64,000 nucleotides of DNA, taken from positions 72,666,001 through 72,730,000 of the forward strand of contig NW_024704742.1 of assembly GCF_018977255.1 (NCBI RefSeq), written 5' to 3'. Each line of letters begins with the position of its first letter. The first letter of the stretch is position 1. The translations under genes and the position numbers were made by a program. Shown here piece after piece: positions 50,650-63,646 of the stretch. Under the pieces are notes generated by a model that was not told where the DNA came from, searched no databases, and saw only the letters and a list, made by a program, of their open reading frames with translations. This stretch comes from Callorhinchus milii. Taxonomy: Eukaryota.

Positions 50650-51190
50650 ACAATTTACATTTATATAACACTTTTCAAATTGGGAGGACCCCCAAAGCAC
50701 TGGACATTCCAGAGTTTGTACCTGAGTTGGGAGTAGGAGCTAAGTAGTTTGGGGGTGGAGGGTGGCAAGGTGAGTGAGGGTGGAAAAGATGGCTGAAAGT
50801 GCAGTCAAAGACAAAGGTCTTGAGCTGGACCTTAAAGTAGGTGAGGGAAAGGGCGATGTGATGAGTCTCTGGGATGGAGTTCCAGAAAGCAGGAGCAGAT
50901 AAGCTGAAAGTCCAACATCTGATGGTGGGCAAGTGGGTTTGGGGTACAAAGCACCATTGCTTCCTGAGTGGAGGGAGTGGCTGGGTTTGTACAGAATGAG
51001 GCAGTTATGGAGTTAGGGTGAGGCAAGACCCTGGAGATATTTAAAGGTGAGAACAAGGATCTTGAACCCGATTCACTGGTGGTTGGGGAGCCAGTGGAAT
51101 CAGGAGAGGATGGGAGTGATAGGCTCATGGAACCTGGTGCGGGAAAGGCCAGGGGCTGCAGAGATTCTGATGGGAGCCAGGCGGGAGAGC
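50650..51190 (-). mobile_element. L2 3' fragment
   Basis: FSLSAPAFWNSIP...FKVQLKTFVFDCTF. Confidence 0.8.
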
Positions 51191-51879
51191 ATCTGTATTG
51201 CTGATGTTCGACTGAAGAAAGTTGGAGCTCATCCAGGATTTGATGTCCTACAAGCAATACAGTACCTTTCAACGAGATAGCAGAACTCCATCTAGTTTAA
51301 GTACTCTTAAACATAGTGATGGATTTCCACATGTCAGACCAGCTGACCAAAACATTGGGTAAGGCAGTCATCATTTCCAAATTCTGACTTAATGTTAATC
51401 ATAAGACCAATTGTTTTGTGAGCAAGGAAAGGATAGGACAAACTTGTCTACATGTTAAAGCAACATAAGGTGAAGATCATACCCCTGGGCTATGTCTGAT
51501 ACTTCTAAGAGGGCTGCTACAGGGTGCATTAGTTCTGGTCTGAGAATAGAGCACATGCACTACCAGTTCTCCTAGCAACTGACCGTAAATACTGAGAACA
51601 GGGAATGCAAAAGAAAGGGAAATACATACCAAGATATATTACTAGATTCTTTTTCACAAAAAAACATAAAGTACGAGTTTGCAAGACCATTGTAGTGTTA
51701 TACACTTGTTTGTTACATTGTGGCCCATCCACGAATGTAACAAATGCAGAGCACCTTGAAACACAATAAGATTGTTAAGCAATTCCCAGAAGGATGACAA
51801 TAGATTCCGCTCATTTTTCTTTCTTGCTCTTTTTTTCTGTCTTAAGTGCTCATTATTGGTAAATCACAGAAGTGTAACT

Positions 51880-52067
51880 TCAACAACAACAGCAACAACA
51901 AGATTTCATTTATAGAGTGCCTTTCACGTCGGGAGGACGTCCCAAGATGCTGCACAGTTGGGTCAGGATCCGAGCAGGGGGCAAATGGTCAAGGTGAGGG
52001 GAGGGAAGGGAGGGAGCGAGGAGGGGGTAGAGAATCGAGAGGGGAGCTGAAGGCACGGTCGAAGAGA
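51880..52067 (-). mobile_element. Short L2 3' tail
   Basis: (CAA)n...GTGCCTTTCACGTCGGGAGGACGTCCCAAGATGCTG, nearly identical to 34570-34620. Confidence 0.85.
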
Positions 52068-52114
52068 ATACTTCAGAAGTTTGTCAAGACTAAAACGACA
52101 AACCCTGTGAAATA

Positions 52115-52560
52115 TAACAATAATAATCCTTACATTTGTTATAGAGTCTTTCATGCCAGGAGAACGTTTCAAAGCACTTCGCATTATTTACTATAAAGTG
52201 CAGTGATTATATATTTGGTGGGCAAACTGAAGCAGCCAGTTGCGCACAGCAATGTCCCACAAACAGCCAAGGAGTTAATGGGCAATTTTATTTGGGAGAT
52301 CGTCGGCCAGAACACCAAAATAAATTATTTTCTCTGTTTAAGTAGCACCATTGGCACTTTTAACATCCAACTGAAAAGGCAGACAGGGCCTCAATTTATT
52401 GTCTCATTCGAAGGACAACACCTCCAACAATGCAGCGCATCCCCAGCACTGAATTCAAGTGTCAGTTTAGACTATTTGAGTTCCAAGTCCCAACATGGGG
52501 CTTGAACCCACCACCTACTTAATCAAAGACAAGGGTACTAACAACTGAAGCTGGCTGACA
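52115..52560 (-). mobile_element. Deu-domain SINE, near full length
   Basis: Tail (AAT)nCCTTACATTTG, core GCAGCCAGTTGCGCACAGCAATGTCCCACAAACAGC, head GGGCTTGAACCCACC. Confidence 0.8.
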
Positions 52561-52599
52561 CATATATGAACATAATTGCGGTAAAAAATGATTTTTGTA

Positions 52600-53010
52600 T
52601 CATGAGCTTACAATATAAAACCAGAGGGGGGATGCTTAACCTGTATAAATCATTAGTTAGTCCCCAGTTAGAGTATTGTGTCAACTGTTGGTCACCCCGC
52701 TTTAGGAAGGATGTCAGGCCCTTAGAGAAGGATCAGAATAGAGGTATTAGGATGATACCAGGGATGATTAGTTCAGCCTACGAGCAGAGGCTAGAGGAAC
52801 TGGGCTTATTTTCCTTGGAGGAAAAAAGTGAGGAGAGACTGGTAGTAGTTTAAAATATTGTGTTTTTACACAGTAGATACGGTGACATTATTTCCACTGG
52901 TCAGTGAAAAGAGGACTTCAATTTAAAATAGTTAGCAAAGAAGCAGAGGGAGTATGTTTTTATATGTAGAGTTATCAGGATGTGGAATGCCCTGCCAGGT
53001 GAGGTCAGAG
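52600..53010 (+). mobile_element. CR1 fragment
   Basis: MLNLYKSLVSPQLEYCVNCWSP...YEQRLEELGLFSLE. Confidence 0.85.
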
Positions 53011-53796
53011 TATTGATAGGCGTCAGTATTTGTTATTTCCTGTTATAAATATTGAGTTTCTCCAAATTATATTCCAGACTTCTATAGCTGTATTCTCCAG
53101 TGGAACCATGCTGTTTTTTGTCTCAGTGATATGATGCAGGTGCCGGTTATGGGACATTCTTGGCATTAGATTAGCTGCCCTTATTGATTTCATATTAAAC
53201 ATTAACATTTTCTGAAAAGCTTTAAATGTTTGATCATAAGGATGCCCTACATTAAATGCTAGTATGAGTTTCTCCCAGTGTCCAGGCCAATAATCCCTGA
53301 AATAAATATGGTCATTCACTCCATGGCTGTTTGTGGGGCATTGCTGAATGCAAATTGCTTGCCATGTTCACACACAGACATACAGTTATTCCACATTAGA
53401 GTAAATCCTGTGAAGCACTTTAGGATGTCCTCCTGAAAGGCACTATTCCAAATGTAAGGATTATTCTTATTAATAGCAAGTATTGCTATCAAAAATAATC
53501 TAATTGATAACATCACTGGTGGAATATTAGTGAGGGATTTCTTAGTGATTTCAGTGCTTTGAGACAATAATCACTATAATCTATACCAGCAATGTCCCAC
53601 AATTGGCCGTAAGATGAACAACCCAATTAATCTTTTTTGGTGAAGTTAGAGGAGGGGGAGATGTAGGCCAAGACTTGAGTGAACTGTCTATTCTTCTTTG
53701 AGATAGTGCCTTTGAATTTTTAATATCCATTTGAATCGCCAAAATGGACAGATGAGATTTCAATTAAACATCTCATCAGAAAGAATGGTACCTCAA

Positions 53797-53990
53797 ACAA
53801 TAATAATAATAATCCTTGCATTTGATATAGCGCTTTTCACATCTTCTAGACGTCTCAAAGCGCTTCATAGAATATACTGTAAAGTGAATTGCTGTATATC
53901 TGTGGCCGAAACATGGCAGGCAATTGTGCACAGCAATATCCCACAAACAATCGTGGGTTGAAGCGACCAATTTTATTATTGTTTTGTTTG
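53797..53990 (-). mobile_element. 3' half of a young SINE nested in an older Deu SINE (~53590-54110)
   Basis: (AAT)nCCTTGCATTTGATATAGCGCTTTTCAC...; older SINE blocks resume on both sides. Confidence 0.8.
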
Positions 53991-54139
53991 GGAGCACAAT
54001 AGAGCACTCCCTCAGTTCTGCATGGGAGTAACGTGTCTGACTTGGTTATAATTTCAGATTGTAATGGAGAGCTCAACCACACAAGCTTCTGATCCAGAGG
54101 CAACAGTGCTACAATGTTACTTCTGTACCTGCCTAAAAC

Positions 54140-54480
54140 GACAACTTGTATTTATATATTGCCCTTCTTCCTGCACGGTGTCACAGAGCGTTTAACAATG
54201 GTGTAGTTTGATGCGGAGCCAGGGAGAAAGGGGAGGAAACTCTTCAGGTGCGATCTGAAGATGGGTAAGAAGGAGGCAAGGCAGAGGGATTGAGGCAGGG
54301 AGTTCCAGAGGTCCAGGCAGAGTAGCTGAAAGTACGACTGTCGATGGTGAAGCGGAGGAGGCAAGACCCAAACCTGCCGAGGAAAGGGGCAGGCAGAAGA
54401 ATTAAGTGTGAGCGGGTTGGATGGTAGGGAGATGCTAAGGCATGAAATGATTTGTAGGTGAGGTGAGGATCTTGAAATTG
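54140..54480 (-). mobile_element. L2 3' fragment
   Basis: LWNSLPQSL...FRSHLKSF; tail resembles the 49255 family. Confidence 0.7.
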
Positions 54481-54842
54481 ATAATTCTGCTAATTAAAGA
54501 TAATTTTATAGCCACTCTAATTCCTGGTGGTTCATTTAGATCATGTAACATTCACATCTATTTTATAAAGTAATTGCTGTTGGTGATTTTCATGTGTAAG
54601 TGTATTTCCCATCTTTTATTTCATTCCTTTAATGCAAGTCTGCTGTAGATCACAAAATCAGTCTTCAACATCTTTCCCTCTTAGTAGTTGGGAAAAATTC
54701 AAAGCATCCATTTCTTAAAAAAATAATCTTGATTAATTTTTGTGGCATTTTATTGCAACTCACTGGAGAACGGGTACAACAGTTAAGGAATTAAATATAC
54801 AGTATTTTGAAAATACTGGAAATGAAGTCTGAGAACTGATTC

Positions 54843-55190
54843 AACAACAACAAATGTAGATTTATACAGCATCTTTCACATCAGGAGGATGACCCAACGT
54901 GCTTGACAGTCCTGGCTTGGCACACAAGCTGGAGGTGGGATCCAAGGAAAGTAGGGGCATGGGGATAAGATGACTGACGGGGCAGTCAAAGAGGAAGGTG
55001 TTGAGGCGGAGCTTGAAAGAGGTGAGGTAGGGGATGAGTCAGAGGGACTCTGGGATTAAGGCAGATTGCTGATAGTGGATAGGTAGGACAGAGAACATGG
55101 AGCAGACCGGGCAGTGATTGCTGAGCGGGGAGTGTGGATAGATTGGTACAGGTTTGAGAAGGTCGCATGGGTGGGAGGGGAGTTGGGGGT
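54843..55190 (-). mobile_element. L2 3' fragment
   Basis: (CAA)n plus TTTCACATCAGGAGGATGACCC tail; AAGAGGAAGGTGTTGAGGCGGAGCTTGAA. Confidence 0.7.
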
Positions 55191-55236
55191 GCTAAAAGTT
55201 ATTTAAATCAATCTGATGGTGATTCCAAGAGAAATG

Positions 55237-55559
55237 TAATAATAATATAATAATCCTTGCATTTGATATAGCGCTTTTCACGTCTTCTTGACATCTCAAA
55301 GCGCTCCACAGAATATATTGTAAAGTGAATTGACTGTATATTTGTGGGCGAAACGCGGCAACCAATTGCGCAGCAGTGTCCCACAAACAATCGTGGATTG
55401 AAGTGAACAATTTTATTGTTTTGTTTTTTTGTCTTTTCTTGAGGGATTATTATTAAGCATGCAGAGTAAGGAAACTTGTCCAAGGTTTCGCCCTGCCAGG
55501 AATCGAACCTAGGTCTCTGGCTTGCAAGGCGAGTGCTAACCACTGAGCTACAGGACTCC
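55237..55559 (-). mobile_element. tRNA-Ala-derived SINE, full length
   Basis: Reverse complement of the 36478 copy, ending CACTGAGCTACAGGACTCC. Confidence 0.92.
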
Positions 55560-55769
55560 ACGTAGAAGATGATATTTTAAATTGATGTAACTCCCTTTCT
55601 CACAATTTGAAGTTACTGTGACACCTGCCTACAATCTCTCCTTTGAGGTATCTGACAATGACTGAGGAATGTTGGTTTGTAGCCAGGTTCCTATTGGTGT
55701 GGCTTTGAATGTCTATCCACCATTGCTCAAGTCAGGATGAGAACTTTGTTCAATCTATGACAGATGGAA

Positions 55770-56350
55770 CTCAAAATGCAAAAAGTGTGATGTAGTTTGA
55801 ATAAATCAGAATAAATTCTTAATGAGAAAAAGCTATGAGTAGTGGCTGAGGAAAACAACTTAGGCATCTAAGTCTACAGGTTTTCAAAAGCTAGGAACAA
55901 ACAGCAATTAAAAAGGCTAATGCGATGTTGGCCTTCATCGCATGACTTTTGGAATAAAAAGCAAGGAAGTGATGATTCAGTTCAGTTGGAGAAATGTGTT
56001 CAGTTCAGGCTGCCACACCTCATGAAAGATATGCTGACCTCAGAGGGCAGATTCACCGGAATATCACCTGGGCGGAAAGGGGCTAAATTAAGAAGAGAAG
56101 CTGGGAAAACTTGGGTTATATTCCCTTGATCTAGGAGTTTCAGGGTTAATCTGCTTGAGGCATTTAAAATGAAAAATGTTTTCCTCTTGTAGGGAATCAG
56201 AATAAGATGATATATAATCTTAAAACTAGAGCTAAGCCACTGAAAAGTGAAATCAGAAAGTATTTTCTGTCACAAAGTGTTGTGGAAATATAGAAGTCAC
56301 TACCTCAAAAGGTTGCAGATGCCAGGTAAATTGGAATATTTCAGAGGGAG
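55770..56350 (+). mobile_element. Highly degenerate CR1 fragment
   Basis: LEKCVQFRLPHLMKD resembles CR1 LEYCVQFWSPH; AAAAAGGCTAATGCGATGTTGG (KKANAML). Confidence 0.55.
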
Positions 56351-56367
56351 GGAGATAAGAAAAACAA

Positions 56368-56664
56368 TTATTATTAATCCTTACATTTGGTATAGTGCCT
56401 TTCATGTTAGGAGTACATCCCAAAGTGCCTCACAGGATAGATTGTAAAGTTTAGGGACCTTGTGTTCTAAGGACAATTTTGTGCCACAAACAGCCATGGA
56501 GTGAGTGACCAATTTTATTTGGGGCATTGTTGGTCAGGACATCAGAAGAAACTCCCTTCTCCCTTCTCTTTTCAAATCATGCCATGGGATCTTTAGAGTC
56601 CAACCGAACAGGCAGACAGGATTTCGGTTTAACGTCTCATCTGAAGGATAGCATCTGCTAGCAC
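56368..56664 (-). mobile_element. Deu-domain SINE truncated at the CR1 junction
   Basis: GCCATGGGATCTTT...GGCAGACAGGATTTCGGTTTAACGTCTCATCTGAAGG, then an abrupt switch to CR1. Confidence 0.8.
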
Positions 56665-58480
56665 CTCTAAGTAAGGTCTTACCAATGATTTATACAGTGG
56701 CAGGATTACCCCACTATTTCAGCTTGCTATTGATATTTTGATACATCCCAACACCTGGTTTGCTTTACTCACTGCCACAGAGCATTGTTTGGAGAGCTTC
56801 AATTTATTATCAATCAAGACCCCCAGGTCCTTTTCATTTTCCATACATATTGGTTTCCTTATGTTCAAATAATAGTCCCTTACAGGATTTTTTGCCCCAT
56901 GTGAAGTACTTTACATTTCTCCACATTGAATTTTATCTGTCACCGATCTGCTCAATTCCCATGTATGTTCAAATCCTCCTGTAATTTATTTTGTTCAGCT
57001 TCACCGAAAGAAGTTCAATGTGTACAGAGTGGTGATTTGGGAGAATCTATTTAATTCTAGATCTCAAAAATGAGAGTCAAATTTACCAAAGCAGAAAATC
57101 AAGCTTTGCAATTCTAGAGCCAACTTTAGTGTAATGCAGTGCTGTGTTGTCAGAGATGCTGTTCTTCGTATGAGACAAACTGAGGTTCTGTTCAAATCTG
57201 CCTGTTTAATCTTGTTCAGCTTTGCAATCTACTACCTTCATTAGCTTGGTGTCATCTGCAAACTTAGCCACTGTGTTTGCGTCTCCTAGTTTCAGATCAT
57301 TTATAAAAATATGAAACAAAAGAGGTCCCAAAATAGACCCTTGTGGAACTCCACTGGTAACATTTTTCCAGTCTGATGACATTCCCTGTACCACCACCTT
57401 CTGGGTTCTTCCGGTCAACCAATTGTGTATCCATTGTAATATACATCCACTGATTCCCGCTTTTTTAGTTTTAGTACCAGCCTCTCAAGAGGAACTGTAT
57501 GAAAGGCCTTACTGAAATCCAGATATACAACATCCACAGCCTTACCCTCATCAAGCTCCCTTGTCACACTGTCAAAGAAAAACAGTAAATTAGATTGGCT
57601 AAACCTTACCTTCATGAACCCATATTGGCTATCATTTATGATTTCTGCCCAGATGCTCCATGATTTTATCTTTAATAAGAGTCTCCATAGTTCTATCCAC
57701 AATGGATGTCAAACTTACTGGTCTCTAGTTTCCTGGGTCACTTTTGTTACCTTTCTTAAAAATAGGTGTAACATTTGCCTTTCTCCAGTCCCCTGGCACC
57801 TCTCTAGTATTCAGTGATCTTTGAAAGATTTCTGCCAGCCTTTCTCCAACTTCCTCCCTTAAGGATGAACCAAAAAAATGTTGGTTACATTAATGGAATT
57901 AAGTTCATTAAGGATCCTCAGATGCAATTTATCCAACCCCTAAGAGTTATTTACTTTAAGTTTACACAGCTGGTTGGCAACCATGCTGGTAATGATATGG
58001 ATAGTGTCACAACTTTTCTCTGGACATCTTTGAGTTCTCTTTCCAGATGAGATAGGTTACCCACCTCCTCCTTGGTAAAGACTGATGCAAAAAACTTATT
58101 TAGCATTATTGCAGCCTGTGTAGAATTATTTGTCATGTTGTCTCCCAAACCCACCTTCAGTGGCTGTATTCCATTGTTTGTTTTCCTTCTACTCTTAATG
58201 TAACTAACTCTTTTTGTTATTATCCTTCACATCTCTTGCCATGTTTAATTCAAAACTTTTTTTGCCATTCTGATGCCTTTTTTGCAATCCAGGCATGCCT
58301 TCTGGTATTGAGTCTGACTTATTTCCATGCCATTTTTCTTCATGGCCTTAAATGCTTCTTTTTTTCCTCCACCAATTTTCCCTCTCCCTCTCCCTTTTAC
58401 CATTCTTACACTTCATGGATTTCTCTCTTCATTCACTTATCTGTTATACAGTAATTTCAAACCTTGCTCCCAACCTCAGT
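56665..58480 (-). mobile_element. CR1 LINE RT region carrying a ~208-bp insert (57002-57209) homologous to 18005-18210
   Basis: [51 protein letters not shown]...KFADDTKL; the insert is flanked by AAGCTGAACAA on both sides (minus strand). Confidence 0.92.
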
Positions 58481-59339
58481 TTCCTTTTCTGCAGTTGTTT
58501 TTGACATTATGAATGAGTGAAATCACAAAACATTTATTTACACTGAAAATGTGGAATCTATAACTCCAGAAGGGGCATAAAGGCAGAATCAAATGGGATG
58601 TTTAAAACAGAGAAGGACAGATAATTTGGATGTAACATTATAAAGGGCTATGTGGAAAATATAGGGAGATGGGATTTGGTGAACTGGTGGAACAAGCACA
58701 ATAGGCTGAATGACCTCCTTCTGTTCTTGTCTACCTATCAGTTGCTTTACGCATACTTTGTTGCCCATATGTCTTAAAGATAGAGATTAGTCTGCCTTGT
58801 AATCTGGGCCATGCATCTCAGGACATTTATAACCATCATAAATCAGGGCATATTGGAAATGCATTCATAATCCAGAGGGTAAATGACAGCACTTTGTGCT
58901 ATCTGTAAAATACACCGTTGGATTCTGGTTTGGGTTACGATTATCAGACCATGAGTGGCTCAAATTCTGCTTTATAGTATCTTTTTTACCATTAAATTTG
59001 CAACATTTTCCATCTTTTCTATAATCCAAAATCGTGTTTTCCTGAAGTGGATAGTTTCAAGTGTTCTGTAATTCATGCTTGACTATTCACAGTAGGGTCT
59101 CATTACTGTGTGTGAGTGTTACAGAGCAGATCACTGTTCCCTTCAGGGGTTGTGTGTTGTCAGTGTGTGTGTGCATGCGTGTGTGAGTAGGTCACGTGTG
59201 AATGCAGGTGCCTGCACACCTCTGGGACTGTTAGCAGTAGGGAGAGGTTGTCTCCGTTGGAGCAGCCTTGGGATTACAAACCATGTGGTTTTTGAAGCAA
59301 GTCTGTGTCTGTATGTGCTTATCTGGCTCTGTTGGTTGA

Positions 59340-59670
59340 TGTTTCCAGTACATTTGTAGGCCAACGTGACAGCCAATTTTCCTCACAGCAGTGCCTCACA
59401 ATCAACCTTGAAATGAATGACCAATTTTATTTGGGGATTGTTGGCCACAACACCATGCTATGGGATCTTTAATGTCCACACAAACAAGGAGATCAGAACT
59501 CGGTTTAACGATTCATCTGAAGAATGGCAGCACTCAATCAACAATCCATTACTCCACCGCTATTCCATTGGAGTGTCAGTCTAGACTATAACCTTAAAGT
59601 CACAATCTGAGAGTTGACCCGATAACCTTCTGACTCAGAGGCAAGGGTATTACCAAATGAGCCAAGTGAC
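59340..59670 (-). mobile_element. Deu-domain SINE
   Basis: TGGGATCTTTAATGTCCAC...CTCGGTTTAACG...GGAGTGTCAGTCTAGA...ACCTTCTGACTCAGAGGC. Confidence 0.75.
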
Positions 59671-59940
59671 ACCATGCTGATACCTGAGTCAGTTGATGTA
59701 AAAGTTGCTCACTTGCCTCACCTTGCACATTGGGAGGATACCTCAAAACTCTTCACACAGTTGAATAGGAGCTTGAGCGCAGAAGAAAAGATGGAGTTTC
59801 AGAGAATGAGGGCAGAATGACTGACGGCTCACCCACTGATGGTGGAGTGGATTGCGAGGGGGAGGTGTGAAGCAAGCCAGTGTTTACAAAACAGCTAATT
59901 GATGAGGCCTAGAAATAGCTAATTGCTTTTTTTTTTACAG

Positions 59941-59985
59941 TTTAGTACTAGATGGAGAGACAGGCTGCCTTGCAGCCATACAGAT
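59941..59985 (+). other. Candidate 45-nt exon
   Basis: Branch-like GCTAAT, a T-run and ACAG acceptor; donor AT|gtatgc; open as LVLDGETGCLAAIQ or FSTRWRDRLPCSHTD, or from an internal ATG as MERQAALQPYR. Confidence 0.25.
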
Positions 59986-61079
59986 GTATGCCAACTTAAG
60001 ACAGATGTCCCGCCAAGCCCTAAGCAACTTTTACATTCAAAAATCAATCAATGTGTTTGTGTCAGTTGCTGTCTGGATTTTTTTTATTTATAACACTTCA
60101 TGCCCCAGTATCTGCAATGTAAGGAAACATTTTATTAAGGTTGCAAATCAAATAATTTTGATAGCTTCGGTTTGAAGCATACAGCTAAGAGGTGGTGTCT
60201 CACAAGTCGTGACAGGTAGTACTGTATACCATAATAACCTTGGCTATCTTACTGCTGAAATTGGAAAGATGGAGTAAGGAATGTGCTATGACATATATAA
60301 ACAGCTTTGTGATCTCAGGACTTAGTCCGGATATTGCAATACAAAAAGTTCTCAAAGCAAATCCATTCCCAAGCTTTATCAGGAGGCTCTTGCACCAGTG
60401 TAAAATTCCAGTCTCAACTTATAACAAGTTTGCAATGTTTCATGATGTATTTGATATCATGATAATAATGATAACCCCTGTATTCAATGTAGCACTGAAT
60501 CACGTCAATGCTCACCTATGTCTCGGATAACAGTGCTCTTGGACATTCCTCTGGTTAGGTTGCATGGTTTAGCTTTCTTTTTCTTACCATCTTTCCCTAT
60601 GGGTATTTTTTCTGTTGTAAAGATAAAGGGTTCGTAGGATGAATGACGAAGCCCGGGAGGGAAGGGGGGTGGGGGCAGCTATAAAAGTCAGTGCTCATAT
60701 GTTATTTGTATAACTTTCTCTGGAGCTTTGGTCTAATGACAGTTATAGAATCTGACCCATTTATATGAACAAGACTACAATTTATATTTATCCCAAGGTC
60801 GCAGATTATTCTTAGAAGTTGAGTTTTGCATTTTGGTCACCTATATGCGATCATATGTTACTGCCGTCAGCTCATTTGTTCTTATTTTGGATCTGATTGC
60901 ACTTGGTGTCTCAACATCTGTTGTGCTTTACACATTGTCTGAAAAATCCAAATTATATTTATGCAAAAGGCTGTTGTTCTTTTCCATTCTATATTACATT
61001 CATTTTGGCTCAGATAAAAACATTCTTACATCTGGGTCAGACATTATTGGGTTCACGTCCAGCATCAGGACATGAGTTT

Positions 61080-61340
61080 ACCTAGGCTGGCAGTTCAGTG
61101 CAGCATAGGGTAGCACTGTATTGATGCAGATGTCATTATTTGAATGAGATGTTAAACTAAAGTTCTACCTGCCTGTTCAGGTGAATGCTAAGGATGCCAT
61201 AGCATAGAAAAGACAAGGGAATTTCTTGTGGTATTCCTTCTGTCAAGTGGGTATTCACCACATAGCTGTTTTGGGACTCTGCTTTGTGCCTACAAAAACA
61301 GTTACTACACTTGTCAGTAATTAATTGTGAAGCATTTTGG
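61080..61340 (+). mobile_element. Degenerate Deu-domain SINE
   Basis: ATGAGATGTTAAACT...CCTGCCTGTTCAGGTGAATG...GATGCCATAGCA; GCTGTTTTGGGA...GTGAAGCATTTTGGG. Confidence 0.6.
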
Positions 61341-62999
61341 GAAATTTTAACTATTCACAGGCAACAAAGTGGCATAATCAACTTGGATGTTCAAAGATAG
61401 ATATGTAGATATTTGGAAAGTAAAGATATTAAGTGGTACAGGGAAAGACAGGAAAATGGGATTTTAAAAAATGGCATAATCTATTAAAGTGGCAGAACAG
61501 GAACCAAGAACTGAAAAGTTTCTTCTGTTCCTAGTACATATGCATGTTCCAGCTTGGCCCTCTGAAAGTTGTTACCTTCCAGTCAGAGTTAATATAAGGG
61601 TTAAAATTCATAATCCAGGCTCACACACCAGTGCAACAACAAGACTGGGGCGTGTTTCATTGTTGGAGGCACTGGCTAGATATAAAGATCCTAAAGCATT
61701 TGAGATTAAGTGATAGATTATTTGTTCAAATTTATGTTTTTCTGGGTTTTAGATTTGGTGAGTAGAGGCATTTTTAGTATCTTCTAAAAGATAAATATTT
61801 TTGTGGTTGGCTTCATTGTATAAGCTGTTACACTAGCCTCTCTTAGTTTTTTTATGAATAGCTTCATATTGGGTTTTCATTTTTAAGCCTGAGTTACAGA
61901 AAGGAAAAGACAGAGTCCATCTACTGTATGCAATCTTCTGATATATTCACCATGTAAAATTGAAAGCAATTCTTGGCAATTCTTCTTACAGAGAATTAGA
62001 TATATCACTTTTCTTCAATGTATTTGAATAACATAAAGTACTGGCTAGTGGATGTATGCCATCTGAAATGAAACATAAATAAAATATAGTGCTTCTGTCA
62101 GCGAATTCAAGAGGGAATTAGCTGGCTACTTGGTGATATGTTCAATTGAGCATATGAGAGGTAGTGCAGTTTTGGAATATTTGTTCTTTTTTTAAAAGAA
62201 ATAAATACTTTAGGACTGACCAGATGGACTTCGTACTCATGCTCTACATTCCTATCTTATAATGTTTCCTATTCCTAATGTCATTCCACATTGTTAACTT
62301 ATTTTTATTAACCTGCAATGTGTTGTTATTAAATCACCTATTAATCAATATTTGCAGTCCAAGATCTCAAATGTGTATCCGTGCTGTGGGTCTATGTACT
62401 GTATTGATATATTACTGTATATCTAAAATATTACTAATTTAACTCCCAAATCAATCCTCTAACAGGAGCTGGCTGTTGAAGTAAAACAGCTAACGATATC
62501 TGAGTCACGTACTTATGAAGTAGTCTAGGCAGTGGAGTCTGCAACTCCAGAAAAGAATGAATCTCTCTTAAATGATATTGATCAAAATGGAATAGAACTA
62601 GTTTGACTATAGAAGAAGTTTATTGCTATGCTGGTATAATGTGTCTTGTTGCCAGAACAGGTAAATTGTCCTATTTGTGCGATGGTTGTCAGCAGTCCCA
62701 GTGGGCATTCTGAGATTGGAGCTTTTGAAATCTGTGACAGAAGTTGTTATATTCTCAACAGGAACAAAATATGGCACATGTCATCTTTATGCCACTGATT
62801 CCACAGCATTTATCATTGGGTTATGCCCCTTATCATGAAGGACTTTGATGTGTTAAGTAGGGCACAATGCTGGATAAGCCTAATTCTGCAGATGCATAAA
62901 GTTATCCATACACTGAACAATTCCTCTATAATGGTATTAACTAGATACCTTGATTTTACCCGCAAGGTAATGCGGGGATTATGAAGGTGAGTATTAGGG

Positions 63000-63363
63000 T
63001 AATAATAATAATAATACTTGCATGAGATAATTTAACATAGTGCCTTATCACGTCTTCAAAACATGTTTACAACAGAATATACTGTAAAGTGAATTGACTG
63101 TATATTTTGTGGGTGAAACGCGGCAGCCAATTGCACACAGCAGTGTCCCCCAAACAGTCATGGATTGAGTGACAAACTTATTGTTATTAATTGTTTTTGA
63201 AGGAATTATTACCCTCGGAAAAGTGATCTGACAATCAACTAACAACCGGTTCCACTGCTAGGGAAACAGAAGTGTGTGGTGTAACATAACTTTCCCAACG
63301 TTTAGCCCTGCTGTGTATCTCGCTTGCAAGGCGAGTGCTCTAACCATTGAGCTACAGGACTCC
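63000..63363 (-). mobile_element. tRNA-Ala-derived SINE, longer internal variant
   Basis: Head ...GCGAGTGCTCTAACCATTGAGCTACAGGACTCC, extra internal block as at 41960, (AAT)n tail. Confidence 0.85.
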
Positions 63364-63646
63364 ACGGGTAGGTACTGCATTGGACATAGCATTTATCAAT
63401 CCACCAGAAGTGGTTAGTAACCTGGAAGTGGATAAAACCTTTGGATGTAGTGATCATTTTATATTGGCTTTGATATGATAATGAAGGATCAGGTTAAGGA
63501 CTTCAGAAGAACAAAGTTTGGGGCCTATGAGAAAAACTCCAGGGAAAATTAAGTGGGAAGCAAAACTACTTAATAAGACCACAAAAAAGATGGATTATTT
63601 TTGAGTCTACTTTAACAAAACAAGATTACTGATCAATAGATGAGTA

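Noticed and set aside
62466..62660. Plus-strand exon (ELAVEVKQLTISES...)
   Set aside because: Weak polypyrimidine tract, an in-frame TAG after 20 codons and no recognisable homology.
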